Shown one piece after another: positions 32,450 through 46,264 of a DNA stretch of 64,000 bases. This DNA comes from Eledone cirrhosa. Its lineage: Eukaryota. The notes under the pieces were generated by a model. That model made no database searches and was not told the origin of the DNA. It saw only the letters and a program-made list of their open reading frames with translations. A program made the translations under genes and the position numbers. The stretch spans positions 12,214,001 to 12,278,000 of the forward strand of contig OZ024749.1 of the NCBI GenBank assembly GCA_964016885.1, in the 5' to 3' direction. The stretch's first letter is position 1; every line of letters begins with the position of its first letter.

Positions 32450-32675
32450 GAAATGGCTTCTACAGGACTAGAACTGTTTCATTCGAAGGATGATTACCTT
32501 CGAATGAAACAGGTACTCAATACATAGAGTATAATCAATATTTAATATAGAAATGGCTTCTGCATGAATAGAACCGTTTCATTCGAAGGATGATTTCTTT
32601 CGAATGAAACAGTTCTAGTCCTGCAGAAGCCATTTCTATATTAAATATTGTATATACTCTATGTATTGAGTACCT
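32450..32675. repeat. Compound fold-back (about 80-bp arm palindrome plus partial duplicate hairpin)
   Basis: 32511-32674 is an imperfect inverted repeat centred near 32592; GTTTCATTCGAAGG..CCTTCGAATGAAAC hairpin occurs twice. Confidence 0.85.
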
Positions 32676-32703
32676 TACTGTGGTAACCCCCGATTGAACC
32701 CAG

Positions 32704-32750
<47 letters not shown>

Positions 32751-33934
32751 GACAGATTAAGAGGAATAAAGAGAAGACAAGAAGAGTTCCAGTAATGTAT
32801 TTCCACCAAAGAGAGGCTTCTCTCATCCATTAGAGGGTGGGAGACGTAAAAACCATTAATTAGACACAGACATGTTAATTGAGAGAGGTGGAGGAGGGAT
32901 TGTATCTCTTTCTCATTTCAGAAATAAATTAATTTTAGAAGATATATAATTTCAGTAGGAACTAAAGAATATTTGAAGAAAAGCTATTATATTTACATTA
33001 AATGTTCATTTGGGAATTTTTCTATCTCATTACATATATTTACTTACTTTCAAAAATATCAGAAAATATGTCACCGAAATGTATTAAATTCCAGAAAATA
33101 ACAACTGAATTCTTAATAATTATAATTTAAAAAAAAAAAGAATTTGAGGGGTGGAGGTAATAAGCTGTGAATGAAACCAATTTATTACTAGCAGTATTTT
33201 ATTCATTGACTATGGAAGAATAACTAAAATAAAAGTCAAAACGGTGGAATTCGAAGTGAGAAATGTAGAGGGGGTGAGGCTACTAGAGTGCATTTTAATA
33301 TCATCTCTACCAACCTCAACATAATTACAATAATTGAAATAAAATATAATAGCAATAATGACGGTAGAACTGAAAAACAATAACGATATTGTTAATTCTG
33401 AAGAAGAAAAATCTCCCTTTAAAAGCCTCCTTTTTGACAAATCTGAGAAGGAAGAGAAGAAAGTGAAGTAGTATCAGCCTCAACCAGCATCAAACCAAGC
33501 TTCCCCAGACATTGCTACTTCCAAGTAAGAATAGACCAAAATATAGAGAGACTCCCACATCTCACGCCATCAATTAATTTAGGAGGCCATACAATACAAA
33601 TATTTCTTTCTTTTGAGATTTTACAGTAAAAAATAAAGGGAATTGGTATGGCTGTTATTTTCAGCAGATAACTACAGAAATGATTATATATATATAGATA
33701 TAAAGACTTTTCTCCGTCGGTCTAATGGTTGACAATTTCCGCCCCACTTTTACACAAAATACACGTCATGCTGCTGTTTTCTTCGAAAAACAAACATTAC
33801 ATCATATTTTAGCAGTGTTTTTATTAAATGATACATAATAAAATACCACTAGAACTAATATTTCACCTTCAGAAACGGAAATATATACGGTTTTTTTCGT
33901 ACATACTCATTACACACACATTATATATATACAT

Positions 33935-34002
33935 ATACACCAGTCCGGTTTTCTGTTGCCGATATATATATATACACACACCAGTCCGGCTTTCTGTAGT
34001 GG

Positions 34003-34038
<36 letters not shown>

Positions 34039-34185
34039 CAGTCCGGCTTTCTGTAGTGGATATATATATATTCACACCAGTCCGGCTTTCTGTAGTGGAT
34101 ATATATATATTCACACCAGTCCGGCTTTCTGTAGTAGATATATATATATATATATATATACACACACCAGTCCGGCTTTCTGTAG

Positions 34186-34220
<35 letters not shown>

Positions 34221-34395
34221 CAGTCCGGCTTTCTGTTATATATATATATATATATATACACACACCAGTCCGGCTTTCTGTTATATATATATCCCCCACC
34301 CACACACACCAATCTGGTCTTCTGTTGTCGATGTGTGTGTGTATATATATATATACACATATACACCAGTCTGGCCTTCTGTTGTCGATGTATAT
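33935..34395. repeat. Minisatellite CACACCAGTCCGGCTTTCTGTAG separated by variable (TA)n, ~11 units
   Basis: Directly visible. Confidence 0.92.
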
Positions 34396-35089
34396 ATATA
34401 TATATATAATGGAGAGGGGGTGGGGGAGAGATCCGGGCAAATTCCAAAAATGCTGTTTTAAATCTTTACAGTTAATGAGAAGATTCGCTTGTACATTATA
34501 TATGGAGACAATTATAAATGGGCGTAGTATGTTGTTTGTGTAAAGACATCAGCATAATGGTGAGACGTGGTAAATATATCTAACAGTAATAAATAATTAA
34601 ATATTGGGAAATTTAACAAACAGTGCCATTGTTAATATGGTAAATAAGAGGAATAAACATTGACATTAGGGTTAGTCGATCTCGTCATGGTTGAACCATC
34701 GACTGGTTATGTTTTATAATCATGGTGATAGATAGTTGCATGTTTAATTCAGCGATATCTCTATTAGAAGACATTCTATGTTGAGACTCGTGCATCTCTA
34801 TCAGAAGAGAGACATCTATCAGGAGACATTCTAGGAAAAGACAGGCATCTCTATCTGAAGAAGAGAGACATCTCTATCAGGAATCATTCTAGGGAGAGAC
34901 ATATATCTCTATTCTAGGTTGAGACATACATCGCTATCAGACATTTATTTATATCAATGCTATTTTAGGTTATGTTGTTAGAAAACAGCTGGGATTGTTC
35001 AGGGTTGACAATTTCATTTTAAAAAGAGGAAACAAAATAAGGAGGAGAGTATGGGATAGGTTAATAGAATGTTTTTGAGCTTTACTTAC

Positions 35090-35502
35090 GGTTCTGATTC
35101 TAAACTTTTGAGTTTTGCAACGTAATTTGATGGTATATATCCTTCGTGTTTAGTAGTCCGAGACCTGGCGTACCACCAGTCACCTTGTGTGTCGTTCACT
35201 ATTTCCAAGTGTTCTCCTTTTTTGAAACTCAAATCTTCATCTGTTCGAGCATCGTAGTCATACAAGGCAACAAATATTTTCATCTGAGAACCCCCGAAAA
35301 CTTCTACAGGTGTATCTGGTTGAGTAGCTGTAGGAGTACAAGGTGTAACGTTGCCTATGGTCAGCGGGGCGCTGGTGATGGGCAAACCTCCAACAGGGGA
35401 ATCAGGTAGGGTACCATTGGGGTCTTGTGGGGTCCGCGAACCGCCACTAAGTTCGCCAATTGGTCCTTTCGACTCATCGGGGCAACTAAAACAGTTACCC
35501 AT
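35090..35502 (-). CDS. Src42A: First coding exon of Src42A/Frk-type Src-family tyrosine kinase (MGNC myristoylation/palmitoylation motif, unique region, SH3)
   Basis: [37 protein letters not shown]......[17 protein letters not shown] is the characteristic Src42A SH3. Ends at a phase-2 donor CC|GTAAGT at 35089. Confidence 0.93.
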
Positions 35503-35819
35503 GATTTCTTATCACAAATAAAATGTATTCTTTGCGATGCCTACGGATGAGGAAATAAAACGAACCGTATCTGTTTAGCCTAGATACAGTGTCAATAAAG
35601 GATTCCCCAAACCGACATTACATGAAGAAGCCGTCAGCCGGAGAAAGAGGAAGATTAAGCTGATATCATTGAATTTGTTTGTAAGACACAGCAGGGCTGC
35701 GGCTGGGACATCGGGGTACACCTTCAAGGTGTACACTAACAACAGCAAATAGTTTAGACTTCTAAATAAATGTTCTGGTAAATTTTCACGACGACCAAAT
35801 TGCTACAAAGCAGCCGTTC

Positions 35820-35970
35820 ATTAAAGTAATAAGAAAGTGCCTGCCTATAATAGCTCTAATATGATTGGTGGATTTTATCAATACTTTCTACAGCCAGCCA
35901 ACCAAATAGACTTTGTCATAACTGGCAAAAAGTAAATCAACATGTGATTCACAGTGCGCATGTCCGTAGA
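35820..35970 (-). promoter_or_regulatory. Candidate Src promoter region
   Basis: CCAAT box on the minus strand (plus GATTGG ~35862) and NRF1-like TGCGCATG (~35955) in repeat-free sequence upstream of the ATG. Motif-only evidence. Confidence 0.35.
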
Positions 35971-36269
35971 GATTCCTTCGTCTGCTAAATTTCACAATAA
36001 TGCAGACAGAAGTTAAATTAGAAACATCTTCCTAAAAAGTTTGCACAAAACAGGAATTTGTGACTGTATTAAATAAATTAAACTAAATTTCTAAATTGGG
36101 ACAATTTCCCCACCACTACCATCTTTTATTTTGGGGAAGTGACTTTGTTGAGAAATGTTTTACATAAATTATAGCGTTGTGATGCGAGAATAAACATATT
36201 TTCAATAGATATTACTAATAATCTGTTTTACTTCGTTGATAATTTGTGTTTCTGTACAATTGGAGTTAA

Positions 36270-36420
36270 ATATGGCCCATTGGCAGAGTCGTTAAAACGT
36301 CGGATGGAATGCTTCGCAGTATTCGTTCAAGCTGTCTGCACTCTGCAAGTTTCAATGCCGCTGGGGTCAACTTTATTTTTCATTCTTAAAAATAAAGCAC
36401 TAATCCAATATTGTAGTCGT
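36270..36420 (+). mobile_element. Octopus-type SINE, degenerate
   Basis: TTGGCAGAGTCGTTAA...GGGGTCAACTTT..TTTCAT. Confidence 0.6.
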
Positions 36421-36429
36421 TTCTTCCTA

Positions 36430-36460
<31 letters not shown>

Positions 36461-36461
36461 A

Positions 36462-36600
36462 CTTTTCTCCCTTCGCTTGAAGAAATAGCTACGTTCAGAC
36501 CTGGAGAGGAGATGGGCTCCACCAGGTTTAAAAAGCGATGCCTAACAAACACAGTATGACACAATGGCACCCGTACGATTCTACCAGGAGTTATGGGTTT
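36462..36600 (+). repeat. Single-unit relative of the 67-bp array element
   Basis: GTTCAGACCTGGAG...GGGCTCCACCAGGTTTAAA...GCACCCGTACGATTCTACCAGG matches 24975-25060 and 26400-26425. Confidence 0.75.
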
Positions 36601-37282
36601 ATGCATACATTCAATTGGAGTCACACTGGTTTAAAGGAAATAATGTTCCATTCAACACTTATTTTTTTTATTTTTTTTTTATTGTAAATATTTGATTGAT
36701 TATTCAGTTTTAAGATATAAATTCAATTATAGTCGAAAAATTCCCAGGGGACTTTTTGTTTTTACATTGGACTGAAAAACTGAGTTAACAAAGAACTATT
36801 AGAATCTGAAAAGAGAATTGAAATTAATTCAATTCTGATTACCATTGATGTTATTGCCAGGCTGTGATTTAGACTTTAATCGAATGTAATTATATATGTA
36901 TAGGATTTATTAATATTTCCTCTGAATTATATGAGGAGGAAGTGATATTTTGAGTAGCGGTGGTGGGTTGAACTAGTATAGGAGGTTAGGGCATAAATGG
37001 TAATTGAGTGTGTGTGTCATAATAGCAGGGTTGTGACAAAAAGAAACAGCTAGCGCTGATAGGTTGATAGCGATTTATTTCTATATGGAAAGAAAGCATA
37101 GGTGTGTCGGCGCTGTCGATTAAATCAATATTTGAGTGGTGCGTATTTTATCGATCCCGTAATGATCGTAAGAAAAAGAGTAAAGCTTGATGAAATTTTA
37201 ATCCAGAATGCAAAGGGACATAACTCAATTGTGACATGTAATTATCTTCCACTCTACTACAATACAAACAAGTATGGTGATT

Positions 37283-37450
37283 TTTAGCATGGCTATATAG
37301 GCACATAGCCACACATTTTAGAAGATATTGTCTATTATATTAACCTCAGTATTTCTCTGGTATTTTTTAGCATGGCTATATAGGCACATAGCCATACATT
37401 TTAGAAAAAGATATTGTCTATTATATTAACCTCAGTATTTCACTGGTATT
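37283..37450. repeat. ~82-bp tandem duplication
   Basis: TTTTTAGCATGGCTATATAGGCACATAGCC...CCTCAGTATTT twice. Confidence 0.85.
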
Positions 37451-37560
37451 TCTCTTGTTGACGACGGTATTATAGCAAAGTTCATATTTTCCCATGGTTT
37501 AACTTGGTCCCTAATCAGCTGTGCTATAACTCTTTCGGTGACCTTCATGACCTTCATGTA

Positions 37561-38586
37561 TCTCTCTTTATATAAAATTCTTTGTCTCTCTCTCTGTCTG
37601 TTTCCTATGCATTCTCAAACAGCTCGACCAAATCAAATTAAATTTTACAAGGTAATAAGTATTAGACCCCTGGGGTGTTAGCATGTAATTTTTATTTTCA
37701 TTTGGATTAAAACAATATAACATTTTATCTAAAATAATCTTTCTATTGTCAACTATATTAAACGGACATTTTATACCACCACCACCATGACAACAACGTC
37801 ACATTTTGTATATGAGTGTGTATGTGTCTGTGTCTTCGTTATGTACATTAGGCTTCAGAGAATTAAACACATACATACATACATATAGCCTTAGTAAGTT
37901 ACATACACATTATCTTCACACACAGAGAATTAAACACACACACACATCTACACATAGATATACATGTGATGACTGAAAAGTAATAGGTGTGCGTGAATGT
38001 ATATCTGTGTGTCTGTCTTAGTTATATGTATGAGTATGTGAGAGTGTAGGTGTGGGCGAATGTGTCTGTCTGAGTGTGTGTGTGTGAATGTATGTGAGAG
38101 TGTATGCGTATGTGAGTGTAAGTGTGTGTGTGATAATTTTCATTTTTATTTGGATTAAAATAATAGTAAACAACACGACGTCACATTTTGTATATGAATG
38201 TGTATGTGAATGTGTGTGTGTTTGCACATTCGTTAGGTACGTTATTAAATACACACACACATCTACACATATATATACATATTTGTCGACTGACAAAAAA
38301 AAAATGAGGTGAAAGCTATGCGTGTGTCTGCGTGAATGTATGTCTCTCTATATCTGTCTTAGTATGTGTATGTGAGTGTGCAGCAGCAATTTATTCATTA
38401 AGAAACCAACAAAAAATTACACATTGAATATTGTTTACTCTAAGGTGCTTCAAGATTGACAGATTTTTAATAAAATATAGATATCTTGAAATAATTATGA
38501 GAAGAAAAATACATATCTACATATTTATTGTTTACTAATCTGAATAAGAAGAGCAGTAACTCGGGAAACGCCGGGTAATTCAGCTA

Positions 38587-38587
<1 letters not shown>
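37561..38587 (+). mobile_element. Non-autonomous Helitron, same family as 28015-28992
   Basis: A|TC start, shared TATATAAAATTCTTTGTCTC head, 3' hairpin CTCGGGAAACGCCGGG and CTAG|T end. Confidence 0.88.
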
Positions 38588-38684
<97 letters not shown>

Positions 38685-38787
38685 TATATATATATATATC
38701 ATATATATATATATATAAGCTTCCAACAGTAATGGTTGCATTTTTTAAGGGTATGTCAATATTTATTTATAAAACTGATCTATATTA

Positions 38788-38852
38788 TATTTTATCTGAT
38801 GAAAGCACACCACAATTTAATTTGGTGTTCTTGAAATATGTATAATGAAATA
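38788..38852 (+). ncRNA. Minimal type I hammerhead ribozyme motif (Penelope/retrozyme-type)
   Basis: Stem I TATTTTAT/ATGAAATA, CTGATGA, stem II AAG-C-ACACCA/TGGTGT-T-CTT, GAAA, stem III AT-atgt-AT, UH = TA. Confidence 0.75.
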
Positions 38853-38964
38853 AATATGGTTTTATAAATATAGTTTTCATTTGTTAATATCGTATCATAT
38901 ATATATATATATATCATGCATTTTGTGTGACACTCTACCGATTCTACCAAACCACCACACCCAT

Positions 38965-39290
38965 AATAATTGTTTCTACTTTTGGCACAAAGCCAGCAAT
39001 TACCCAGTGCATTACTGGTACTTTATTTTATCGACCCCGTAAGGATGAAAGGCAAAGTCAACCTCGGCACCCATAATAATGATTTCTAACAAGACAGGTA
39101 TTTTGTGAAAAGGGGAAAGTTAAATAATCAACCCTAGTACTTAACTGCTACTTTATTGTATCGACCCTGGAAGGATGAAAGGTAAAATTGACTTCAGCAG
39201 GATTTGAACTGAGAACGTGAAGTGACAGAACAAATACTGCAACGACATCTTAGCTGATGCTCTACCAATTTTAACAATCTACCTCTTTTA
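38965..39290 (-). mobile_element. Two adjacent octopus-type SINE copies
   Basis: TACTGGTACTTTATTTTATCGACCCCGTAAGGATGAAAGGCAAAGTCAACCTCGG and a second similar copy. Confidence 0.75.
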
Positions 39291-39483
39291 CAAATATTAC
39301 AATTGTAATCAGATGTCTAAACTCCAGAAAACATGATGGTAAACACACAAACATCTAAATGTGTATGTGAAGCGAAGTTGGTGGCTGATGTGGAAGAGAA
39401 TGATAAACACGACAAATACAATAATTTTGGTTAGATATATAACTTTGCCTCACTTCAGTAAGAAGGAAAAAGAATGCGATTTC

Positions 39484-40253
<770 letters not shown>

Positions 40254-41519
40254 TGTATGTATATATGTATGTTTGTGTGCATGCATGTATGTGTATGTAT
40301 ACATGTATGTATACATGTATGTATACATGTATGTATGTGTGTGTGTCTATGTGTAGCAGTAAGAACTCTTGTGCAACATAGGTCAATGTCACCATGTATG
40401 CTGACCTCCCGGCAACACAATGTTCATTTTTCCTTTGTTTCAAATTTTGGCATCAACCATTCTGGGGAAAACATTCCACTAGAGTCATATTCCGGGTATC
40501 AAAGATGACACTTTCTTTAAGCTATTTGGCTCTCATCTCTCAAAAGAGACACATCATACTGCACTTGCTCCAGCAAGCAGAGAGATGTCCAGCCCTCTTG
40601 ACAGAGTTGGCACATCTGTTAAGGTTAGTTCCATGTATAGTGAAGTTTCTTCGCACATACTGACCTCCGAATTATATCTGGCTGCTATTTCTCTTTATCA
40701 CGGTTGGCGTCAGTAGTCTGGAGAGGCTGGCCAGCTTGGGGTGAAGTGAGATAACTTTTTCTTTAGAGCATTCGACTCTGGTAACTTGGAAGAGAAACAT
40801 CACTTCGACCTGCTCAAGCAAGTAGTGAGGTAGCACTTAGCAATAAAACTTTCAGCCCTGTTGACAAGGGCCCAACAGCAATTCTTACCTCGGCACTTCA
40901 ACTACACGCAGAGAGTTATCTGCCTCTTCATATAAAAAACACGGCTCCCTTGCACTGCGAGCTTATAACTACCTATACTGGTATGTACATCCCGAAACAA
41001 CTTGTCACTTTGTAATCTAACGTAGCATAATAAATATATATTCTTTTCCTTTTTAACGAGTTGAAGTAAAATTATATATGTAACCTAAATTATTGTATTT
41101 GTTGAGTTGATCATCATTCTTCAACAACAACCATTAACTTCACTTCCCATACATCTTGTCAGATTATTACAGCATTCACACAAACATAACACAAACATTG
41201 TTATGGTAGCGATGTTTGTTATTGTCCATCGGATATTGCTCATAGCAGCTTCACGTTCAACTACTGACTATGGCAACGAATACAGCCACATCTCTCCACT
41301 CATTGAGGCATACACACTCAATTCATTTGCCATAAGTCACAAACATACACACAATGCTTATATGGCAGAGTAGAATTGATGGAATCACCCACCAAGCCAA
41401 CTATTATTACCACAAATCCTTCCGTACCAAAACCCAAACCAAATCATGTCACGCTACATCCATAAAATAATTTACATCGCTACATATATGTGTGGTGTGT
41501 GTATATATATATATGCAAA

Positions 41520-42625
<1,106 letters not shown>

Positions 42626-42626
42626 G

Positions 42627-43124
42627 CATCATCATCGTTTAACGTCCATCTTCCACGCTAGCATGGGCTTGGACGGTAATTTTCCCACTTGAGGCAAGAT
42701 TGGTTGTCTTGCTCGTATTGGACTATCTGGCGGGTTTTCTACGGCTGGATGCCCTTCCTAACACCAACCACGTTTACAGTGTGGACTGGGAGGTTTTTAC
42801 CGTGTTACCTACACGGCCACATTACAGCGTGGACTGTGTGTTTTTTTGTCGTGACACCTACACGACCTCATTTGTTTCGGACTGGATGTTGTGGTACCAA
42901 CATAACTTTACATCGAAAGAGGGAGGTGTGGATGGGGTGGGGGTAGTGGGACGGGGGTGTATTTTAGTAAGAGGTGCCTACTGACTGTAGGTTTCGCTTT
43001 ACACTTAGGCAAGGCGGGTCTTCTGTATTACTGCGTAGCGCCAAAGATCTCGGTCCAGTGACATTGTCTTGGAGAGGTGTAAGTGTGTGAGGTCGGAATT
43101 TATTAAGTCGTCCCAGGTTTTTCT
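42627..43124 (-). mobile_element. RTE LINE 3' end (family of 53770-55356)
   Basis: Reverse complement matches 54820-55350, including RKTWDDLINSDL and the (GAT)n tail. Confidence 0.88.
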
Positions 43125-43159
43125 ACACACACACACACACACTTTACTGAATGCTTAAG

Positions 43160-43597
43160 TAATCAGAAGAAGGGAAGTAGGTGTAAAAGCCAAACTTGCT
43201 GCCTTCAATTTGGTTTTCGTGCCAACCCTTACCTATGGTCATAAATCTTGGGTAATTACCGAAAGAATACGATCGCGAATAGAAGCAGCTGAAATGGCGT
43301 TCCTCCAAGTCTTTGGAGTAACGTTACTTAATAGAGTGTGTAGCTCGGAGATTAGAGAGTCTCTCCAGGTAGAGCCGCTACTTCTCCGAATTGAGAGATC
43401 ACAGCTCCGATACTACAGACATGTGGTTAGAATGTCTCAGGAAAGAATCGCTGGACAGATTTTACAGGCAAAAACCAACCGACAGGATATCATGAGCTTG
43501 GCTGGTCTCGCTTGGGATTCAGCCGGATCTGCTGGAAAGAGTGTTTGAGGACTCTTCGCCACGACCCTCCCATGAATAAGTAGGCAAAGAAGAAGAT
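43160..43597 (+). mobile_element. RTE LINE 3' fragment, second subfamily
   Basis: PTLTYGH.SW...RIEAAEM.FL...VEPLLLRIERSQLRYY.HVVRM; (AAG)n end. Copy at 50405-50893. Confidence 0.8.
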
Positions 43598-43719
43598 TCA
43601 TATACTTAACACATGGTTTTACACCCTAGCTATAGCTCAAATTTTAGTAAGATATATCTTTTATTACACCGTTTGACGTTGTTTCTATCAACCGAAACTG
43701 AACTATTAATCTATTAAAC

Positions 43720-44225
43720 ACATCGACGGGGTCGATAAAATAAACTACCAGTAATACACCGAGTAATTGCTGGCCTTGTGCCAAAAGTAGAAACAATTAA
43801 TCTATTAAACACATTTATTATAATTCTTAAAATATCGTGTTAAAATAATTTTTCCCTTTTTTGTAGGTTAAATGTATAATCCTTGGAAAATAATCTTTTA
43901 TTATTCGAGGTTAACTTTGCCTTTCATCCTTACGGGACTGATAAAATAAAGTACCAGTAACGCACAGGAGTCAATTTAATTGATTTCCCCTCCCTCAAAA
44001 TTGTTGGCCTTGTGCCTAAATCAGAAACCATTATTATTATTATTTTGAGAAACTTTTTCGTACGATTCCCGGGTATTATAGCGTCAGACAATATGCTTTG
44101 CAGTATAGAGTTATGGCCCTTTGCAGTCTGAGTTCAAATCCCGCCGAGGTTAACTTTGCCTTTCATCCTTACAAGATCGATAAAAGAAAGCACCAGTAAT
44201 GGTGCCAAAAGTAGAGACAATTATT
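43720..44225 (+). mobile_element. Cluster of three octopus-type SINE pieces
   Basis: Repeated GAGGTTAACTTTGCCTTTCATCC...GATAAAATAAAGTACCAG...GTGCCAAAAGTAGAAACAATT. Confidence 0.75.
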
Positions 44226-44249
44226 ATAGAAGAACTCCCACCCCCGTTT

Positions 44250-44820
44250 TCTTTTTTCGTGTGCTATTAACTAATCTAAATTATGATCTTCAAACCAGTC
44301 GGAAACGCCAAGATTTGTAGAAAAAGGGTGTGAAAAGACCATCGGAGTTTCACAGATCTACACCTCTCTCGTGTGCAGTAGGAAATAATGATCTTTCCTT
44401 GTTTTTTTTCTGGACCTCTTAGATGCTTCCCCAGATTAGAGTTAGGTTTAGGGTTAACGTTTTCGTTTTCCGGGAAAAACGTCGATTGTAGAAAAAAAAA
44501 CCCAGGAGAAATAATTATTTCCCACCAAACGAGAGAACCATTCTGAGAACATCTGATGGTCTTTTCACACCCTTTCACCCCCTTTTATCTACAAATTTAA
44601 TCATTTCTGGCTGGTTTAGAGGTCCTACTCGTTGATAACACGCGAAAAAAACAAGTCACAAAGAAAAGTCCGAGAGGAGGGGGGGGGGTTACATGAGATA
44701 GGGAGGGGGGGCGTTGCCTGAGAGAGGGAGGGAATTATCGAGGGGGGTACCCCCACCGGAAAAAAGTCGATTGCCAGAATCTTAGCGGTTAGATTAATTG
44801 ATAGCACACGAAAAAGCTGA
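44250..44820. mobile_element. Fold-back / MITE-like element with nested inverted repeats
   Basis: Outer arms TTTTTTCGTGTGCTATTAACTAATCTAA / TTAGATTAATTGATAGCACACGAAAAAA; inner arms AAAGGGTGTGAAAAGACCATC / GATGGTCTTTTCACACCCTTT. TSD not identified. Confidence 0.6.
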
Positions 44821-44916
44821 GAAAAAACTTTTTTCCCACTGAAATCAAGTAGGGTGTTCTATAAATTTACCAATTTCCGTACATATAAAGGGGGAACAAT
44901 TTCATTTTATGTATAT

Positions 44917-46200
44917 ATCATCATCATTATCGTTTTTACGTCCACTTTTCATTGCTTGCATGGGTTCGACGGGTCGTTCTCAGCACAGCATCTCTACACA
45001 TACCTTTGTCATTTCCTCTGCCAGTCTTAGTGATTTGAGGTCTGCTCTCACAACCTCTGCCCAGGTTTTTCTTGGTCGTCCTTTATTGCGGCTTCCTTCC
45101 ACTAGGATCACATGGTACTTCTTCACCCATCGGTCATAGTCGATGCACATCACATGTTCATAGCAACACAGTCTTCTCTCCTCCACACCATCTTAAACCC
45201 AGCTTCTCCCTCAGCTCATCCAAGCTCTGTCTTTCTCTCACATTTACATTGTACATCCAATAAAGCATAGTTGCTTCATGTCTCTCCAGTCTACACATGT
45301 CCTCTGCATTCACAGCCCATGTTTCACTGCCATGTAGCACCACATGTCCTCTGCAGTCACAGCCCATGTTTCACTGCCATGTAGCACCACATGTCCTCTG
45401 CAGTCACAGCCCATGTTTCACTGCCATGTAGCACCACATGTCCTCTGCATTCACTGCCCATGTTTTACTGCCATGTAGCGCCACATGTCCTCTGCAGTCA
45501 CAGCCCATGTTTCACTGCCATGTAGCACCACATGTTCTCTGCAGTCACAGCCCATGTTTCACTGCCATGCAGCATCACACACAGGTGTCATACAGCCTTC
45601 CTTTTCTACAAAGGGAGAAACCTGTTGTTATCAGCAGTGGGAGCAGTTTTCTAAACTTCCATCCTAACCTTATTCTACTTATTATATTCTTGGAACACCT
45701 TCCTCTGCTGCTAATTAGGTCACCTTGATAGCAGAAGCTACCAACTACGCTCCTTCCTCTGCTGCTAATTAGGTCACCTTGATAGCAGAAGCTACCAACC
45801 ACATCTATAGATCCTTCCTGTGACTGGAAAAGGCTTATATCATTATTAGATTTCTTCTGTGCATCTTCTACAAGCAAAGTTCTCCGTTCCTGTTAGTCTA
45901 CTCATTATCCCACTACATCTTTTGTGTACAGTGTGTACATTGTATGGAGTTTATGCCTACTCCTTTTCTACATATTGAGCAGGGCCACTTCACTGAGGAA
46001 ATCTGGGTCCTGTCTTCTCTCCTACTCACTAGCACTTTAGTTTTGGCTAAGTTTACTTTTGATTCCAAATTCAGTTACCATAACTGGAATTTATTTTCTA
46101 GTTCATTTTTGGTTTCAGCTAAAAAGACCAAATCAGGACCACCAGATAACAGATCGAGGTACTCTGTCAAAGATCTTCTCGAGATCAACAAAAGCTAAAT
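44917..46200 (-). pseudogene. Degenerate RTE LINE 3' portion containing a 47-bp internal tandem repeat (45290-45580)
   Basis: GRPRKTWAEVV, LHGSETWAV, VGSFCY.GD.I...G; (GAT)n tail. Confidence 0.8.
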
Positions 46201-46264
46201 ATTGTGGTTTATTTTTTGCTAGGAACTTCTATTGTAGTTACCTCACTAATATATATATATATAT

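Noticed and set aside
33835-33860. TGGTATTTT (WYF) on the minus strand as a candidate Src exon 2
   Set aside because: Wrong acceptor phase and no SH2 sequence follows.
40350-41450. Possible highly decayed Penelope RT on the minus strand (VISLHPKLASLSRLL-like patch)
   Set aside because: Too degenerate to support without a profile search.
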